Shown piece by piece: positions 44,813 through 46,530 of a stretch of 46,530 bases of DNA. Under the pieces are notes generated by a model that saw only the letters and a list, made by a program, of their open reading frames with translations, was not told the DNA's origin and searched no databases. The position numbers and the translations under genes are program-made. How positions within the stretch are numbered: the stretch's first letter is position 1; the number at the start of each line of letters is the position of its first letter. Source of the DNA: a virus (lineage: Duplodnaviria > Caudoviricetes); the IMG/VR virus record IMGVR_UViG_3300003375_000048, positions 1 to 46,530 of that record. The stretch is one strand, 5' to 3'.

Positions 44813-45489
44813 ACAACCTCTGCTGGTGCAGGAACTTGTAATTGAATGGATTGTTGAACTGTTAAATTAAAATGAATAAATCGAATTGGTTTATTAGAAG
44901 AATGTCTAGTAAATGAATGGGCTAACCAAGCATTTGTAAACATCATCATGCCTTCTTTTGGCTCAAAATTAATTAAATTACTAGCGGCTGTTGCATTTAC
45001 CATATTTGTTTCTGGCAAATTAATCTGAACTTTTCCTGCTCTTGGGTCATGAAATACCACTCTTGAGCAATCCTCTGGACAATCTACAAAATAAAAACCT
45101 ACAATTTGTGATCCATATCCATGAACATGTTGATCCATTCCTGATAATTTATGATGTTCTTGACACCAAAATTCAGTAAAAACAGTATTAAGATCATTCA
45201 TGGCATAACCTTGTTCGGAAAGAATATTCCAAGCGGTTTGTCCGATATATTGAGATAATTTATCCATTCCCTTGTATTCAAACAAGTTATCTGTCATATA
45301 GACAGGATAAATTTCATCTAATTTTGCATCTTTTTTTCTTTTGGCTATTGCTTTTTTACAAGCATTTTTAGCATCATCTAAAAATTCTGGTTTATCAATG
45401 CTATAAATTACAGTTGGAAAATGATAAAACCCATTTAATTGGTCTTTTTTATCTTCTGTACCAACTATTTCTGTTGTGGCATCACTCAC
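44809..45489 (-). CDS. 2OG-Fe(II) oxygenase (TIGR02466-like)
   Basis: HVH metal motif, F.DPR, MFTNAWLAHS distal His, R..HFN. Confidence 0.8.
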   Translation of the reverse strand: MSDATTEIVGTEDKKDQLNGFYHFPTVIYSIDKPEFLDDAKNACKKAIAKRKKDAKLDEIYPVYMTDNLFEYKGMDKLSQYIGQTAWNILSEQGYAMNDLNTVFTEFWCQEHHKLSGMDQHVHGYGSQIVGFYFVDCPEDCSRVVFHDPRAGKVQINLPETNMVNATAASNLINFEPKEGMMMFTNAWLAHSFTRHSSNKPIRFIHFNLTVQQSIQLQVPAPAEVV

Positions 45490-45533
45490 AATAATTTCCT
45501 TTAAATAATAAATTGTATATTAAATAATACATA

Positions 45534-46530
45534 TTACCAAGACATTACTCTAACAGCACCAGTTCCGCCAGTTCCGCCATTACCGCCCGCAGTTCCAGCA
45601 TGAGTTGAACCTCCGCCTCCACCGCCTCCACCATAAGAGCCGCCTGTGCCACCATTTCCGCCTGTGCCACCATTGCTTGCACCACCGCCTCCAGCACCAC
45701 TTCCAGAACTAGTTAAAGTTTGTGTTCCATTAGATCCTGCTGAACCAGTTGAACCACCAGCACCACCACCACCATTTGAATAAGATCCAGAAGTGCCGCC
45801 AGTTCCAGAGCCTACAACTCCACCATTTCCCCTGACAAAACCGCCATGTCCACCACCACCAGCACCATATAAAGAACTTCCACCACAATAAGAATTGTAG
45901 TAACTTCCTTTACCACCTCCACCGCCACCGCCCCATTCTGCATTTCCGCCATTACCCGCACAACAACCAGTTGCACCAGCACCGCCACCACCGCTAATAG
46001 AATTGCGATTAGTTGTAGAACCAAAAGCAGATGATTGTGGCTGACCACCAGCAGAATTTCCTGTGCCTAAAGATCCACCTTGACCAGCACCACCAGAACC
46101 ACCGCCTCCACCGCCAGCAGGATAAATAGTAGAAGGGTAGCAACCAGATTGACCACCACCTGATCCTGCACCGCCACCATAAGATTTTACATAGCAACCA
46201 AAAGAAGAAGTGCCACCAGCAGAACCACCATTTCCAGTAATACTGCAAGTTCCAGCACCGCCTGTTCCACCAGCACCAACAGTTACTGAAACTGTAGAAG
46301 TTAAACAAGCGGCTAAAAATAATTGCCTTACTCTAGCACCACCACCTCCGCCACCACCACCAGCAATATTTGTTCCGCTACTTGTTTGAGCACCACCGCC
46401 ACCACCACCGCCACCTCCCCATACACAAACTTGCACATAGGTAATGCCAGATGGTTTTGACCAAGTACCACTAGAAGTAAAAGTTTGAACATTGGCAGTA
46501 GATCCACCAGCAGGAGCAGAACTTACCCAA
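45534..46530 (-). CDS. Glycine-rich tail protein, 5'-truncated by the window end
   Basis: Frame is open beyond the track start to the window edge (WVSSAPAGGSTANVQTFTSSGTWSKPSGITYVQVCVWGGGG...); ends GAVRVMSW. Confidence 0.75.
   Translation of the reverse strand, partial: WVSSAPAGGSTANVQTFTSSGTWSKPSGITYVQVCVWGGGGGGGGGAQTSSGTNIAGGGGGGGGARVRQLFLAACLTSTVSVTVGAGGTGGAGTCSITGNGGSAGGTSSFGCYVKSYGGGAGSGGGQSGCYPSTIYPAGGGGGGSGGAGQGGSLGTGNSAGGQPQSSAFGSTTNRNSISGGGGAGATGCCAGNGGNAEWGGGGGGGKGSYYNSYCGGSSLYGAGGGGHGGFVRGNGGVVGSGTGGTSGSYSNGGGGAGGSTGSAGSNGTQTLTSSGSGAGGGGASNGGTGGNGGTGGSYGGGGGGGGSTHAGTAGGNGGTGGTGAVRVMSW

Noticed and set aside
1-46530. Stop-codon reassignment or alternative genetic code
   Set aside because: Standard-code ORFs tile the genome densely with intact full-length proteins; no suppressor tRNA seen

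Overview
Near-complete genome (~46.5 kb, AT-rich) of a contractile-tailed dsDNA phage. A proteobacterial host is likely, given the Rz/Rz1 spanins, NinB, RusA, ERF/YqaJ/SSB and a YdaU-type initiator. The two window ends appear to interrupt the same glycine-rich gene, so this is probably a circularly permuted genome missing a short piece. Most genes are on the minus strand. In transcription order these are: recombination and early genes (37.5-29 kb), a ParB plus ABC-ATPase/GNAT pair, terminase, portal, a NUDIX-fused prohead protease, capsid, neck, sheath/tube, tape measure with lysozyme, baseplate, and several fibres/spikes. Across the presumed junction they continue with a 2OG-Fe(II) oxygenase, glycosyltransferases and lysis genes. 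A short plus-strand replication operon lies at 37.5-39.8 kb. I could not recognise an integrase, a CI-like repressor, a DNA polymerase, a tRNA or a CRISPR array. The most striking content is non-coding. (1) Two textbook type I hammerhead ribozymes (33411-33461 and 34053-34103, both minus strand) sit at stop codons and flank a 642-nt two-ORF segment that could be excised and circularised. (2) A cloverleaf-like sRNA downstream of ssb (34744-34830, minus) exposes UCCUUUUCGA, which is complementary to an extended Shine-Dalgarno motif (UCGAAAAGGA) in front of six early genes, including both ribozyme-generated leaders. (3) Further structured leaders lie before the replication initiator and after the capsid gene. 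Together these suggest an RNA-based gene-control circuit. All calls come from reading the sequence and motifs; no database search was run.
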